Source: Desulfovibrionaceae bacterium (GTDB taxonomy: Bacteria > Desulfobacterota > Desulfovibrionia > Desulfovibrionales > Desulfovibrionaceae). From it: 59,668 bases of DNA. The position numbers were made by a program, and so were the translations under genes. Positions within the stretch are counted from its first letter, which is position 1. Each line of letters begins with the position of its first letter. The stretch lies in contig JAWRKJ010000291.1 of NCBI GenBank assembly GCA_040307025.1, positions 1 to 59,668 of the forward strand, given 5' to 3'. Below, piece after piece: positions 1 through 10,505 of this stretch. The notes beneath the pieces were generated by a model. It had not been told where the DNA came from, did no database searches, and saw only the letters and a program-made list of their open reading frames with translations.

Positions 1-1
1 G

Positions 2-658
2 GACGAGATCGAAGCGGCCCGGTCCGAGGCCGACGTGGACTTCCTCCAGGACGAAGCCCCCCGGGCCCTGGAACAATCCGTGGAGGGCGTGAACCGGGTC
101 ACGGCCATCGTCTCGGCCATGAAGAAGTTTTCCCATCCCGGCGGCGAGGAAAAAACCGCCGTGGACATCAACGCCGCCGTGGAGAACACAATCACCGTGG
201 CGAAAAACGAATGGAAGTACGTGGCCGACGTGGTGCTGGAACTCGACCGCGACCTGCCGCCGGTGTTCTGCCTTCCCGGAGACTTCAATCAGGTCATCCT
301 CAACATCCTGGTCAACGCCGCCCACGCCATCGCCGACAAGGTCAAGGGCACCACCGACAAGGGTACCATCACCATCCGCACCGAGGCCGACGGGGATTTT
401 TGCAAGCTTTCCGTGGCCGACACCGGCAAGGGCATTCCCGAGGAAAACCGCAGCAAGATTTTCGATCCGTTCTTCACCACCAAGGAGGTGGGCAAGGGCA
501 CGGGCCAGGGCCTGGCCATCACCCACAACATCGTCGTCACCAAGCACGGCGGCAGCATCGATTTCGAGTCCGAGGTGGGCAAGGGCACGACCTTCGTGGT
601 CCGGGTACCGTTTGGCACCCTCGATCCCGTCGGCGGTCTGACCGAGGAGCCGGCATGA
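2..658 (+). CDS. Sensor histidine kinase, C-terminal HATPase_c part (5' truncated by the window edge)
   Basis: N-box [15 protein letters not shown]1 DTGKGI, F-box FDPFFTTK, G2 GKGTGQGL. The frame is open to the window start, and the stop overlaps the next ATG (ATGA 655-658). Confidence 0.93.
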   Translation, partial: DEIEAARSEADVDFLQDEAPRALEQSVEGVNRVTAIVSAMKKFSHPGGEEKTAVDINAAVENTITVAKNEWKYVADVVLELDRDLPPVFCLPGDFNQVILNILVNAAHAIADKVKGTTDKGTITIRTEADGDFCKLSVADTGKGIPEENRSKIFDPFFTTKEVGKGTGQGLAITHNIVVTKHGGSIDFESEVGKGTTFVVRVPFGTLDPVGGLTEEPA

Positions 659-1878
659 AGACCCGCATCCTGTTCGTGGACGACGAACCCAATGTCCTTT
701 CGGCCTTGCGGCGCATGTTCCACGACATGCGGGGCGAGTGGGAGATGGCGTTCGTGTCCGACGCCCGGGATGGGCTGGCCTTGCTCGCCGAGCAACCCTG
801 CGACGTGGTGGTGGCCGACATGCGCATGCCGGGCATGGACGGGGCGACGTTTTTGCGCGAATCCCAGTCTGTTTGTCCCGGGGCCATCCGCATCGTGCTC
901 TCCGGCCATTCGGATCGGGACATGATTTTGCAGACCGTGCGGCCGGCCCACCAGTTCTTGCCCAAGCCCTGCCAGCCGGACGAACTCAAGGCCGTCATCA
1001 CCCGGGGGCTGGCCCTGCGCGAGGTGTTTCTGGACGACCGGGTCAAGGACGTGGTGGCCCGGATCGACCGGTTGCCCACGGTGCCCCGGCTCTACTCGGC
1101 CCTGGTCGACGAACTGGGCAAGCCCGAGCCGTCGGTGCGGGTAGTGGCCGGGCTCATCGCCCAGGACGTGGGCATGGCGGCCGGCATATTAAAACTCGTC
1201 AACTCGGCCTTTTTCGGCCTGCGCGTCCACGTGTCGAGCCCTGCCCACGCCGTGAACCTGCTCGGACTCGACATTGTCACGTCCCTGGTGCTGACGGTCG
1301 GCCTGTTCGACCGGTTCAACAAGGAGGCCTTCCGCGATTTCGATCTGGAAAAGCTGTGGCGCCACAGCCTGTCCACGGGCCGGCTGGCCCGGGTGATCGC
1401 CACCCTGGAAGGGGTGGCCGTGGCCCAGCAGGAACAGTGCTTTATCGCCGGCCTGCTCCATGACGTGGGCAAGCTCGTCATGGCCACCAATTTTCCGGAG
1501 GCCTATGCCACGGTCATCGCCGGCTGCCAGCAGGGGCAGGGCACGATCCTCGACATGGAGCGGCAGGTGTTCGGCGCTTCCCATGCCGAGGTGGGGGCGT
1601 ATCTGCTCGGGTTGTGGGGCGTGGACGACGCCGTGGTGCGCGCGGTCTACCTGCACCACGAGCCCGGCCGGGACCAGCGGGCCGGCTTTTCCATCCTGGC
1701 CGCCGTGCACACGGCCAACCGGTTCGAGCACGAACTGGTGGTCATCAGCCACGGCTATGCCATCAATCCCCTGGACGAACTCTTTTTGGCCGCCTCGGGG
1801 TTGTCGGACCGCCTGCCGGTCTGGCGTGAGGCCTGCCAGGAGGCCGTGGCCAAGGCCCTGGACGCCGACGAGGAGTGA
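655..1878 (+). CDS. Response regulator with REC and HDOD domains
   Basis: [11 protein letters not shown]...[12 protein letters not shown] receiver. [31 protein letters not shown] and [12 protein letters not shown] are HDOD motifs. RBS GAGGAG precedes ATG 655. Confidence 0.92.
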   Translation: MKTRILFVDDEPNVLSALRRMFHDMRGEWEMAFVSDARDGLALLAEQPCDVVVADMRMPGMDGATFLRESQSVCPGAIRIVLSGHSDRDMILQTVRPAHQFLPKPCQPDELKAVITRGLALREVFLDDRVKDVVARIDRLPTVPRLYSALVDELGKPEPSVRVVAGLIAQDVGMAAGILKLVNSAFFGLRVHVSSPAHAVNLLGLDIVTSLVLTVGLFDRFNKEAFRDFDLEKLWRHSLSTGRLARVIATLEGVAVAQQEQCFIAGLLHDVGKLVMATNFPEAYATVIAGCQQGQGTILDMERQVFGASHAEVGAYLLGLWGVDDAVVRAVYLHHEPGRDQRAGFSILAAVHTANRFEHELVVISHGYAINPLDELFLAASGLSDRLPVWREACQEAVAKALDADEE

Positions 1879-1922
1879 GCGGCCGAACCTCCTCTCCGCC
1901 GAACCGCCGCCTCCCTCTCCCC

Positions 1923-1960
1923 GGGATTCCAAAGGGTGCCGCCCGTTGGCCGCCGGAGGC
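1923..1960 (+). repeat. REP-like intergenic palindromic repeat, copy 1
   Basis: GGGATTCCAAAGGG-TGCCG-CCCGTTGGCCGCCGGAGGC, between convergent genes. The same unit recurs at 6068, 28963, 41265 and 59654. Confidence 0.8.
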
Positions 1961-1980
1961 CTTTTTCCCTGCCTTTGCAG

Positions 1981-3120
1981 CTAACGCGGCATCAGGATGT
2001 AGGACTTGGCCGTGCCCTTCATGAGGCCGGCCTGATGGGCGGCTTTCGCTCCGGGGCCGAGGTAGAGGTCGAAATGGTTGCCGCGCATGCAGCCGGTGTC
2101 CTGGGCCATGACGAACCCGGTGAAGCGCTCGGGCGCGGGGCTCGTGAAGCCCGGCAAATCCCCGTCCACCACCATGAGCGTGCCGTAGGGCACGAATCCC
2201 GGGTCCACGGCCACGCTGCAGTGGGGCGTGACCGGCACGCCCATGGCCCCGACCGGCGGGGTCTGGGAGGCCTTGAAAAAGATGTAGCTCGGGTTTTGGG
2301 TCAGGTATTCCCGGATCTGGGTGGGATGCTCTTCCAGATAGCGCCGGATGCGCTGCATGCTCATCTCTTCCTGGGGAAAGCAGCCCCGGTTGACCATGAC
2401 CCGGCCCACGCCCACGTAGCGATGGCTGTTTTTGCCGTTGAACAGGACGTAGGTCGTGGAGCCGTCCTCGATGAAGCGCAGCTTGCCCGAACCCTGGACG
2501 TGCAGGAAAAACACGTCGATCGGGTCCTTGGCATAGCCGATTTCCAGGCCCCGGCCGCGCAGGGCCTTGCCGTAGTCGATGGCCTCCCGGCTGTAGTTTT
2601 TGCCGGCGCCGCCGGGATTGCGGTAAATGGGCCAGACGTAGGGCGCGTGCTCGGTGCGCGAGACCTCGATGGTGGGCTCGTAGTAGCCGGTGAGCAGCGT
2701 GTCGGACTCGATGGGCACCCACTTGAAATACTTGCCGAGCACGGACGGGTCGCGGTCCAGTTCCGGCAGGATGCGCCGGAAGGTGACCAGAGTCTGATGC
2801 AACTGGCCGTAGGTGAGCCGGGCGCCGGGACGATCCACGGCCAGGGCGCCTTGGGGCTTCCGGGCCACGTGGGCGATGGAACGGTCCACGGCCGGGGCCA
2901 GGGAGGCGAAGCTTTGAACCTGCTGGCTGGCCGGGGAAATGCGCGTGGGCCAGGGCGTGGTGATCGGAGCCTGGGCCACGGGCGGCGCGGTGCGGGTCGC
3001 GGGCAGGTTTTGGCTGACCGGAGTCTTGGCCGTGCCGGCGCAGCCGCCAAGCAGGGCCAGACCGGCCAGGCACGAAAGGACCACAAGGACGCGGGTGTGG
3101 GAAAATATCGGGTGACGCAT
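1981..3120 (-). CDS. mltA: Membrane-bound lytic murein transglycosylase A (MltA + 3D domain), lipoprotein
   Basis: Lipobox LLGGC; motifs TGYYEP, FFLHVQGSG, NPSYIFF, SVAVDP, AQDTG...HFDLYLG. Start placed at MRHPIF (ATG 3120). Confidence 0.92.
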   Translation of the reverse strand: MRHPIFSHTRVLVVLSCLAGLALLGGCAGTAKTPVSQNLPATRTAPPVAQAPITTPWPTRISPASQQVQSFASLAPAVDRSIAHVARKPQGALAVDRPGARLTYGQLHQTLVTFRRILPELDRDPSVLGKYFKWVPIESDTLLTGYYEPTIEVSRTEHAPYVWPIYRNPGGAGKNYSREAIDYGKALRGRGLEIGYAKDPIDVFFLHVQGSGKLRFIEDGSTTYVLFNGKNSHRYVGVGRVMVNRGCFPQEEMSMQRIRRYLEEHPTQIREYLTQNPSYIFFKASQTPPVGAMGVPVTPHCSVAVDPGFVPYGTLMVVDGDLPGFTSPAPERFTGFVMAQDTGCMRGNHFDLYLGPGAKAAHQAGLMKGTAKSYILMPR

Positions 3121-3325
3121 GGACCGGACTCTAGCGCGGGGAATGCGGGTTGACAACGGACAGGGCGGCGTGGAGCAGACGCCGGAGCCGGAATGGACTG
3201 GACGGGCGCGGCGGACGGGCGCGGTGTTGACAGATCGCCCGCCAGTCGACACCTTTCCCCGGGTCGCGCCAGCCGGCCGGCTCCTGGCCGGACACGGCAG
3301 ACGGGCGTGACGCCAAGGAGATTTC

Positions 3326-4876
3326 GTGCGTAAAACCGCATCCCTCGCCGTCTGGCTTGCCGGGCTGACCGTGGTGTTGGTCGTGGTGCTGTTCCGGCTT
3401 GAAGGCCGGCTCGACTTCAGCCTCTACGACGAAGGCTTTCTCTGGTACGGCGTGCAGCGCGTCCTGGCCGGCGAGGTCCCCATGCGGGATTTCATGGCCT
3501 ACGATCCCGGGCGCTACTATTTCTCCGCCGCCCTCATGCGCTTGTGGGGGGACTCCGGGCTTCTTTCCCTGCGCGCGACCGGGGCGGTCGTCGAGGCCCT
3601 GGGGCTTTTTGCCGGCCTGTGGATCGTGGCGCGGTCCGCGCGCCGGGCAGGGGCGGTGTTCCTGGTCCTGGCCGCCGTCACGCTGGTGGCCTGGATGCAG
3701 TGTTACTGGATCATATATAACATCACCATCGCGATCCTGCTCGTGGCCGCCTTGGTGTGGCTCGCGGCCCATCCGTCCGGCGCGCGCCACCTCGGGGCCG
3801 GGATCATGGTCGGCCTGGCCGCGGTCATCGGCCGCAACCACGGCGTCTACGGCCTGGCCGGCAGCCTGTGCGCCCTGGCCTTTGTCAATGCCCACCGGGG
3901 CGTCAACCGCGCCCTGGTCGGCCGGCTGGCCCTGTGGGGCCTGGGCGTTGTGATCGGGTTTGCGCCGACCCTTGCCATGTGCGCCGTGGTACCCGGGTTT
4001 TACGCGGCGTATTGCGACAACATCCGCCAGCTTTTGGCCATGTCCGGCACCAACGTCACCTTGCCCGTCCCCTGGCCCTGGACCGTGCCCTTTGCCCACC
4101 TCTCCCCGGACATGGCCGTGCGCAAGCTGCTCGTGTCCCTGTTTTTCCTGGCCACGGGTCTGTTCGGGGTCGTTTCTTTGGCTTGGCTGGCCATCCAGGG
4201 CCTGCGCCGCCGGCCGCTGCCGCCGGTGTTCGTCGGCGCCGCCTGCCTGGGGCTGCCCTACGCCCATTATGCCTTTTCCCGGGCCGATATCATCCATCTG
4301 GCCCACGGCATTTTCCCCATGCTGCTCGGCTGCCTGGGATTTTTGGCCGGGAAGCGGGGAGCCATAAAGTGGCTTGCCACCTTGGTCCTTTGCGGGGCGA
4401 GCGTATTTGTCATGATGGGCGAGTACCGCTTTGTGTACAGCAGCCCGGAAAAAGGCTGGACCGAGGTGAGCATCGGCGGCGACCGGATCGTGGTCGATGC
4501 GCCGACCGCTCGGGATGTGGCCTTTTTGCGCGGGCTCGCGGCCAAATACCTGGGGCCGGACAAGGGCCTGCTCACCATGCCCCGTTGGCCCGGGGCCTAT
4601 GCCCTGCTCGGCCAGCGCTCCCCGGTGTGGGAGATCTACGCCATCCATCCGCGCCCCCGGGCCTTCGAGGAACAGGAAATCGCGCGCCTCGATCCCGCCC
4701 GGATCGGTCTGGTGCTGCTCGACAACCAGGCCCTGGACGGCCGGGACGATCTGCGCTTTCAAAACACCCATCCCCTGACCTACCGGTTCGTGCGCGAGCA
4801 CTTCGACCGGCTGCCGGAGGGGACCGATCCGCGCTTCGAACTGTATGTTCCGAAAAAGCCCGGAGAAAACGGTTAA
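3326..4876 (+). CDS. Polytopic membrane protein, probable GT-C-fold (lipid-linked donor) glycosyltransferase
   Basis: About 11-12 hydrophobic segments. YDEG follows TM1, then GEVPMRDF-x2-Y-x-PG, a pattern typical of ArnT/PMT-like GT-C proteins. It has a soluble C-terminal domain and lies next to GT2 and GtrA genes. Confidence 0.6.
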   Translation: MRKTASLAVWLAGLTVVLVVVLFRLEGRLDFSLYDEGFLWYGVQRVLAGEVPMRDFMAYDPGRYYFSAALMRLWGDSGLLSLRATGAVVEALGLFAGLWIVARSARRAGAVFLVLAAVTLVAWMQCYWIIYNITIAILLVAALVWLAAHPSGARHLGAGIMVGLAAVIGRNHGVYGLAGSLCALAFVNAHRGVNRALVGRLALWGLGVVIGFAPTLAMCAVVPGFYAAYCDNIRQLLAMSGTNVTLPVPWPWTVPFAHLSPDMAVRKLLVSLFFLATGLFGVVSLAWLAIQGLRRRPLPPVFVGAACLGLPYAHYAFSRADIIHLAHGIFPMLLGCLGFLAGKRGAIKWLATLVLCGASVFVMMGEYRFVYSSPEKGWTEVSIGGDRIVVDAPTARDVAFLRGLAAKYLGPDKGLLTMPRWPGAYALLGQRSPVWEIYAIHPRPRAFEEQEIARLDPARIGLVLLDNQALDGRDDLRFQNTHPLTYRFVREHFDRLPEGTDPRFELYVPKKPGENG

Positions 4877-4895
4877 CGCCGATCAAGGAAACAGT

Positions 4896-6047
4896 ATGCG
4901 ACATCCCTGGTGGTCGACGCTTCGCACGTTCGCGGGCATAAGCGCCGTCACGCTCCTGCTGGCCGTAGTGGCCTATGGCCTGTTTCTCTACGTCCGCTCG
5001 GCCGATTTTTACGACTACGCCAAGTGCGGGACCCGGGGCTGGATCAACAGCCCCCACGAACTCGATGCGGAACTGGGCTTCCGCGCGGCTCCGGGCAAGA
5101 CCGGCGAGGAGTTCTACGCCGTTGGCCCGAATATCGTCAGCCGCATTTCCCGCGACGGTTTCCGCATCCCCGTGGGCGCGCCGGACACGGTCCCGACACA
5201 GCGCCCCCTGGTTTTGAGCCTCGGCTGTTCCTTCGCTTTCGGCTCCTCGACCCTGGCCGAGGAAAATTACGCCTATCTCTTCGCCGCCGGGCTCCACGGC
5301 ACGGCGCTCAATGCCGGGGTCAGCAGCTACGGCCTGTCCCACATGCTGCTGCGCGCCCGCAAGCTCATCCCGCGCTACAAGCCCGACATCGTCATCTTCC
5401 AGTATGCGCCCTGGCTCGTGGACCGGTCCTTCGGCTATGCCCCGACCTATTTCGCCAAGCTGCCCGGACCGTATTTCTACCGGGCCGCGGACGGCGGCCT
5501 GCGCCTGCACGGACCGTTCTATTTGAGCCAGACCTTTGATGTGAAGCTCGACGCCTACCGCGACTGCCACAAGTCTCTCTGGGACCGGCTGCGCTTTTTC
5601 GCCACCGTGGCCGCGCCCCTGCTCGTGACCCAGGACGCCCGGGAACTGGCTACGCGCTACGGCATGCTGCGCGGCACGATCCCTGTTCCGGTGCGGGACC
5701 GGATGGCCGTGCTCCAGGCCGCCTCTACGGAAATCGAGCGGTTGTGCCGGGAAAACGGCGCAAGCCTGTTCGTGCTGGCCCTGGATAATCCCGACACCCT
5801 GGACGACGCCGCCGTGCGGCGGGAAAAGGACTGGTTGGCGGCGCATTTCAAGGAACGTTTCGTGGACACCCGGCCCGTGCTCGCCGCCTACGCCGAGGCC
5901 CATCACCAGACGCCCCGGCTCCTTTTTACGCTGATGCGCGAAGGCAAGCAGATGGACGGCCATCCCAACGCCCTGGCCCACCGCCTGTACGCCGAGGCCC
6001 TGGCCCGGGCCTACGCGGCCCAGGCCACGCCACAGCCGGCGCAGTGA
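4896..6047 (+). CDS. Membrane-anchored SGNH/GDSL hydrolase-like protein
   Basis: N-terminal TM; block I LGCSFAFG, block II NAGVSSYG, C-terminal DGHPN (DxHP). AAGGA precedes ATG 4896. Confidence 0.72.
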   Translation: MRHPWWSTLRTFAGISAVTLLLAVVAYGLFLYVRSADFYDYAKCGTRGWINSPHELDAELGFRAAPGKTGEEFYAVGPNIVSRISRDGFRIPVGAPDTVPTQRPLVLSLGCSFAFGSSTLAEENYAYLFAAGLHGTALNAGVSSYGLSHMLLRARKLIPRYKPDIVIFQYAPWLVDRSFGYAPTYFAKLPGPYFYRAADGGLRLHGPFYLSQTFDVKLDAYRDCHKSLWDRLRFFATVAAPLLVTQDARELATRYGMLRGTIPVPVRDRMAVLQAASTEIERLCRENGASLFVLALDNPDTLDDAAVRREKDWLAAHFKERFVDTRPVLAAYAEAHHQTPRLLFTLMREGKQMDGHPNALAHRLYAEALARAYAAQATPQPAQ

Positions 6048-6067
6048 GGAGGTGGGGGGGGAAGAGC

Positions 6068-6104
6068 GCTTCCGGCGGCCAAAGGACGGAGTCCTTTGGA
6101 ATCC
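6068..6104 (-). repeat. REP-like intergenic palindromic repeat, copy 2 (inverted)
   Basis: Reverse complement reads GGATTCCAAAGGA-CTCCG-TCCTTTGGCCGCCGGAAGC; between convergent genes. Confidence 0.8.
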
Positions 6105-6138
6105 TGCCCCGAGGGGAGCGAAGGACGGCTCTGTCGGC

Positions 6139-6843
6139 TCAGGCGCCGGCGGGGTGGCGCTCCAGGTAGGTGGCCGCGGCCTCGCCCGTGTTGAGGATGA
6201 GGTCGAGGGCGGTCACGGCGTGGTCAAAAGGCGGGTAGAGCTGGGGATATTCGGGATACCCGGCATAGCTCATCCAGGCCACGGCAATGCCGTGGGCCGC
6301 GAACTGGGACTCGTCCAGATAGTCCTTGGCCGCCGGGCCGGACAGATAGAGCGTGGCCCCGGCTTGCAGGCACAGGGAAAGCAGCCGCTCGGTCTTGGTG
6401 CCGTGGCCCTGGTAGTCCAGGGACGAGCTGAGGACGGTCGGAATGCCGAGATAGCCGCAGATCCAGTCGAGAAACAGGCGGTTGACGTCGATGAGGCGCC
6501 TGAGGTCGGCGGCCTTGGCGTAAAGCTCCTGCAGGGCCGGATAGACGGCCTCGAAGGCGGGCGCCTTCTTGTAGTGGTGCAGGAAGCTTTGCAGATGCTT
6601 CTGGGCCCATTGGCCGTCCTCGATGGTCGCCTCGTGGATGAGACTGGAGCGGCCGCTGGCATGCACCGGCACGCTGAGCCACAAGGGACCTTGGGCGGTC
6701 TTGATGCGGTTACGGTTGCGCCAGTCCCGCTTGGTGTACTGCACGTCGTCGTAAAGAATGAACTCGTCGACCTGCTTGATGATGTCGAAATAGCCCTTCC
6801 AGGGAATATAGTTGCTCTGGAGGATGGCGACGCGCTTCCCCAT
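6139..6843 (-). CDS. WbqC family protein
   Basis: MGKRVAILQSNYIPWKGYFD...FILYDDVQYTKRDWRNRNRIKT; YLSGPAAKDYL; Y-x-Q-L...LDL C-terminus. These are hallmark WbqC motifs. Confidence 0.92.
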   Translation of the reverse strand: MGKRVAILQSNYIPWKGYFDIIKQVDEFILYDDVQYTKRDWRNRNRIKTAQGPLWLSVPVHASGRSSLIHEATIEDGQWAQKHLQSFLHHYKKAPAFEAVYPALQELYAKAADLRRLIDVNRLFLDWICGYLGIPTVLSSSLDYQGHGTKTERLLSLCLQAGATLYLSGPAAKDYLDESQFAAHGIAVAWMSYAGYPEYPQLYPPFDHAVTALDLILNTGEAAATYLERHPAGA

Positions 6844-6857
6844 GGTGTCTCCCGGCG

Positions 6858-7790
6858 TCACGAATTGTCGTCGCGGCCGTATATTTGCCGTATGATCGTA
6901 TACGGGCGTTGCTTGGTTTCCATGAAGACCTTGGACAGATAGATGCCGACGATGCCGATGCAAAAGATGATCAGGCCGCCGAGGAGCCAGATGGAAGCCA
7001 TGACCGAGGTCCAACCGCTGACCGGCATCGAAAACACGAAGCGGTGCAGTACGAGATAGGCCACATACAGGGCCGACAGGGCCGACATGACAAGGCCGAT
7101 GTAGAAAATGCCCTTGAGCGGCACGTCGCTGAACGAGGTGATGCCGTTGACCATGGCCGAGACCTTGCGCCGCAGGGTGTAGGTCGTCTCGGACGTACTC
7201 CACTTGTTGACGGTGTGGGGGCACTGGGCGAATCCGGTGATGAGCCACAGGCCGGCGATCATGATCTCCCGTTCCCTGTGGCCGAGCAGGGCATCGACGT
7301 AGCGCCGGGTCATGAGCCTGGCCGTGGTGATGTTGCGGGGAAAATCGAGGCCGGAGAGGGTGCGGAACACGGTGTAGAACAGGGCACCGCTCCAGCGTTC
7401 GTAAAAACTGCCCTTGCGCTGCTTTTGCACGCCGTAGACCACGTCGCAGCCTTCGCCGCGCATCCGGTCGGCAAAGGGAGCCAGCCATTCCGGTTCCTCT
7501 TCGAGGTCCACGTCGAGCAGGTAGACCAGCTCGCCCCGGGCCTGGGCCAGGCCGGTCATCATGGCCTTGTGGTGGCCGAAATTGCGCGAAAGATCGACCA
7601 CGGTCAGGCGCGGGTCGTGCCGGGCCAGGGTCACGGCGACATCCAGGCTGTTGTCCGGAGAGCCGTCGTTGACCAGGACGATTTCGTGGTCGTCGCCGAC
7701 CAGGGCCTCGGCCGCGGCATGGGCGCGGCGGCAAAATTCCTCGATATAGGCGGCCGAGCGGTACAGGGTGGCGACAATGGACAGCTTCAT
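6858..7790 (-). CDS. GT2 polyprenol-phosphate glycosyltransferase (GtrB/ArnC-like)
   Basis: LVNDGSPD, LSRNFGHHKAMMTGL, DVDLEEEP (DxD), two C-terminal TMs, ETKQRPYTII. Confidence 0.92.
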   Translation of the reverse strand: MKLSIVATLYRSAAYIEEFCRRAHAAAEALVGDDHEIVLVNDGSPDNSLDVAVTLARHDPRLTVVDLSRNFGHHKAMMTGLAQARGELVYLLDVDLEEEPEWLAPFADRMRGEGCDVVYGVQKQRKGSFYERWSGALFYTVFRTLSGLDFPRNITTARLMTRRYVDALLGHREREIMIAGLWLITGFAQCPHTVNKWSTSETTYTLRRKVSAMVNGITSFSDVPLKGIFYIGLVMSALSALYVAYLVLHRFVFSMPVSGWTSVMASIWLLGGLIIFCIGIVGIYLSKVFMETKQRPYTIIRQIYGRDDNS

Positions 7791-8497
7791 CGGCCGTGCT
7801 CCTTGGCGGCGCCGCCCGGGCAAGCCTGGTCCGGGGTGGCGCCGATACGCAGGCCGTGGGCGAGGTTGCGGAAGTAGTAGTCGTTGAAACCGGCCCGGGC
7901 CATGGCGGCCATGGTCTGCTCCACCGGATAGGCCACCCGGTGGAGGGTGAAGGCCTCGCCGTCGAAGGTGGCAAAGGCGGCGCGCGGGTCGCCGTCCCGG
8001 GGCTGGCCCACCGAACCGGGGTTGCACCAGACCGCGCCTTCCCCCTGCCACAGGGTCTGGACATGGCTGTGGCCGGACACGAACCGCCGGCCCTCCAGGG
8101 CCCGGAAATAAGCCGCGTCCGGGACGAGGTATTCGTCCAGGGGATCGCGCCAGCCGCCGTGGACGATTTCCATGTCTTCCAGCCGGCCGGCCGGGGCCAG
8201 GGAACCGAGCCAGGCCCGGTTTTCGGGCGTGATGACGCGTGCCTGGTAGGCCAGGCAGTCGTTGGCGCTTCGGGACCTGGGACAGGGCGTGCCCGTGGCC
8301 AGGTAGAAGTCGTGGTTGCCCTGGACCACCAGGGCCTCGGCCTCGCGCAGGCACTGGCAGCACTCGTTTATAAACGGGTAATAGCCGGCCACGTCCCCCG
8401 CGCAGACCAGCCGGTCGGCGCCAAGGGCCGCCAGGGCGGCCAGCACGGCCTGAAGGGCCGGCAGATTGCCGTGGATGTCAGAAATGATGCCGATCAT
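7787..8497 (-). CDS. Metallophosphoesterase (calcineurin-like, YfcE/MJ0912 type)
   Basis: SDIHGN, GDVAGY, GNHD, GHSH, NPGSVGQPRDGDPRA. Alternative start at 8506. Confidence 0.9.
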   Translation of the reverse strand: MIGIISDIHGNLPALQAVLAALAALGADRLVCAGDVAGYYPFINECCQCLREAEALVVQGNHDFYLATGTPCPRSRSANDCLAYQARVITPENRAWLGSLAPAGRLEDMEIVHGGWRDPLDEYLVPDAAYFRALEGRRFVSGHSHVQTLWQGEGAVWCNPGSVGQPRDGDPRAAFATFDGEAFTLHRVAYPVEQTMAAMARAGFNDYYFRNLAHGLRIGATPDQACPGGAAKEHGR

Positions 8498-9455
8498 AGA
8501 CCACATGGTCCGCGACGTAGCGCACGGCGAATCCGTCCCGGACGGCGGGTTGTTCGGGCAGGATGCCGGTCAGGACATGGTCCAGGGCCATGCTCGCCTC
8601 GTTGTAGCCGAAGGCGGCGCGCAACGACGTGGAGGCGGAAATGCGGGCATTGACTTCCAGGAGCTTCCACTGCCCGTCGGCCAGGCGGAACTGGAAATTG
8701 GTGGGCCCCAGGGGGCGCAAGGCCGCGCACAACCGGTCGATGACCGCGTCCAGGGAGGCGTCCCGGACGATATGGGCCTTTTCCGTGGCCCCGGCCCGGG
8801 AGAGGGTGCGGCGCATGGCGATGGTCGCCCGGGCCCGGCCCTCGCCGTCGCCGAAAACGCCCACCGTATATTCGGCGTCGTCCGCGCCGACGATCGGCTG
8901 GATGAGACGGGTATCGTCGGTCTCGGCCGGGCCGAGGGCCGCGAGGTCCTCGGGACGCGCCAGGCGGATCAGGCCCTTGGAGGCCGAGCCGCAACGCTCC
9001 TTGAGCAGGCAGGGCAGGCCGTGGCGGGCGACAAAGGCCGCACTGTCGCAGGCCAGGGCCGTGGGAATGCGCACGTCCTCGCCGACCTGCCCCAGGGCTT
9101 GGTATTGGAGCCACTTGTCCTTGGAAAGCTCGATGAGTTCGCCGCGGTTGAGCACACAACGCACACCCAATCCGGCCAGGAAGTCCCGGCTTGCGTTGGC
9201 GTGGAACACGTCCGGCTCGATGCCGGGCACGAGTACGTCCACCCCGTGTTTTGCCACGACCCGGGCCAGCCAGGCGTCGTAGCCGGGATCGCGCGTGTAC
9301 GGGGCCTGTTCGAAGGCGTCGGTCCAGGCCTGGCCCACGGCGTCGGGATAGATGTCCGCGCCGATGATTCGGCAGGGCGCGGCACGCAGGCGCAGGCTGC
9401 GGATGATGCCGTAGCCGATGACCGAGCCCACACCCGTGACCAGGACCGTGGTCAT
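8478..9455 (-). CDS. ATP-grasp domain protein (carbamoyl-phosphate-synthase-like ligase of polysaccharide loci)
   Basis: MTTVLVTGVG, VLVPGIE, DKW, KERCGSASKG, EYTVGVF, NFQF...LEVNARISAS. Confidence 0.85.
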   Translation of the reverse strand: MTTVLVTGVGSVIGYGIIRSLRLRAAPCRIIGADIYPDAVGQAWTDAFEQAPYTRDPGYDAWLARVVAKHGVDVLVPGIEPDVFHANASRDFLAGLGVRCVLNRGELIELSKDKWLQYQALGQVGEDVRIPTALACDSAAFVARHGLPCLLKERCGSASKGLIRLARPEDLAALGPAETDDTRLIQPIVGADDAEYTVGVFGDGEGRARATIAMRRTLSRAGATEKAHIVRDASLDAVIDRLCAALRPLGPTNFQFRLADGQWKLLEVNARISASTSLRAAFGYNEASMALDHVLTGILPEQPAVRDGFAVRYVADHVVYDRHHF

Positions 9456-10501
9456 CGCCCGGCCCCGAGCCCCATGACCTGGCGCACGGCCGCGACGATG
9501 TGCGGCACGTCGGGATAGTAGGCCTCTTCCAGCACGGGCGAGGCCGGGATGGGCGCGTCGGGGAAGGTCACCCGGCGTACCGGGGCCTTGAGGGCCTGGG
9601 GCACGGTTTCCGCCACCACGGCGCAGATTTCGGCCGCCAGGCCGCCGTGGGGGTGGCCGAGGTCCGCCACCACCAGCCGGCCGGTCTTGGCCACCGAGCT
9701 GGCGATGGCTTCCCGGTCCAGGGGCGCGGCGCAACGCGGGTCGAGCACCTCGCAGTCGATGCCTTCCCCGGCCAGGGCCTCGGCGGCGCGCAGGCTTTCG
9801 CGCACCATCTGGGACACGGCGACAATGGTGATATCGGTGCCTGGGCGTCGGATCACGGCCTGGCCGAAGGGGACCTTGTACGGCTCGGCCGGCACCGGGC
9901 CCACGTCGTTGTACAGCCACCGGTGTTCGATAAAAAGCACCGGATTGCCGTCGTTGACGGCCTGCAAAAACAGTCCCTTGACGTCGTGGGGCGAGGCCGG
10001 CAGCACGATGCGCAAACCCGGGACCGGCAAAAACACGCCGTGCAGGGCCTGGGCGTGCTGGGCCCCGGAGCCCCAGCCCCGGGCCACGATGGCCCGGATA
10101 ATGAGCGGGACGTGGACTTGCCCGTTGGTCAGGTAGTGCCATTTGGCGGCGTGGTTGACGATCTGGTCCATGGACATGAGCTGGAAATCGAGGCGCATGT
10201 GGACCAGGATCGGGCGTTTGCCGGCGCAGGCCGCGCCAATGCAGGCGCCGGTGACGGCGTTTTCGGCGATGGGGGAATCGAGGATGCGCTCGGCGCCGTA
10301 ACGCTCGGCAAAGCCGTCCAGGACGCCGAAACTGCCGCCCGGTTCGGTGATGCCCTGGCCGATGATGAAGGCGTCCGGGCAGGCGTCCATGTAGAATTCG
10401 TGGGCTTCGCGCAGGGCTTCCTTGTAGCTCGCGCAACGCACGCCGTTGGCCGCGTCGCCGAGCAGGCGGATGTCGCTGTTGCAGATCTTGGTCCAGGGCA
10501 T
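9452..10501 (-). CDS. TPP-dependent 2-oxoacid dehydrogenase E1 beta-like / transketolase C-terminal subunit
   Basis: DSPIAENAVTG, DQIVNHAAK, GAQHAQ, NPVLFIEHR, EVLD, SVAKTGRL. Confidence 0.88.
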   Translation of the reverse strand: MPWTKICNSDIRLLGDAANGVRCASYKEALREAHEFYMDACPDAFIIGQGITEPGGSFGVLDGFAERYGAERILDSPIAENAVTGACIGAACAGKRPILVHMRLDFQLMSMDQIVNHAAKWHYLTNGQVHVPLIIRAIVARGWGSGAQHAQALHGVFLPVPGLRIVLPASPHDVKGLFLQAVNDGNPVLFIEHRWLYNDVGPVPAEPYKVPFGQAVIRRPGTDITIVAVSQMVRESLRAAEALAGEGIDCEVLDPRCAAPLDREAIASSVAKTGRLVVADLGHPHGGLAAEICAVVAETVPQALKAPVRRVTFPDAPIPASPVLEEAYYPDVPHIVAAVRQVMGLGAGR

Positions 10502-10505
10502 GGGC

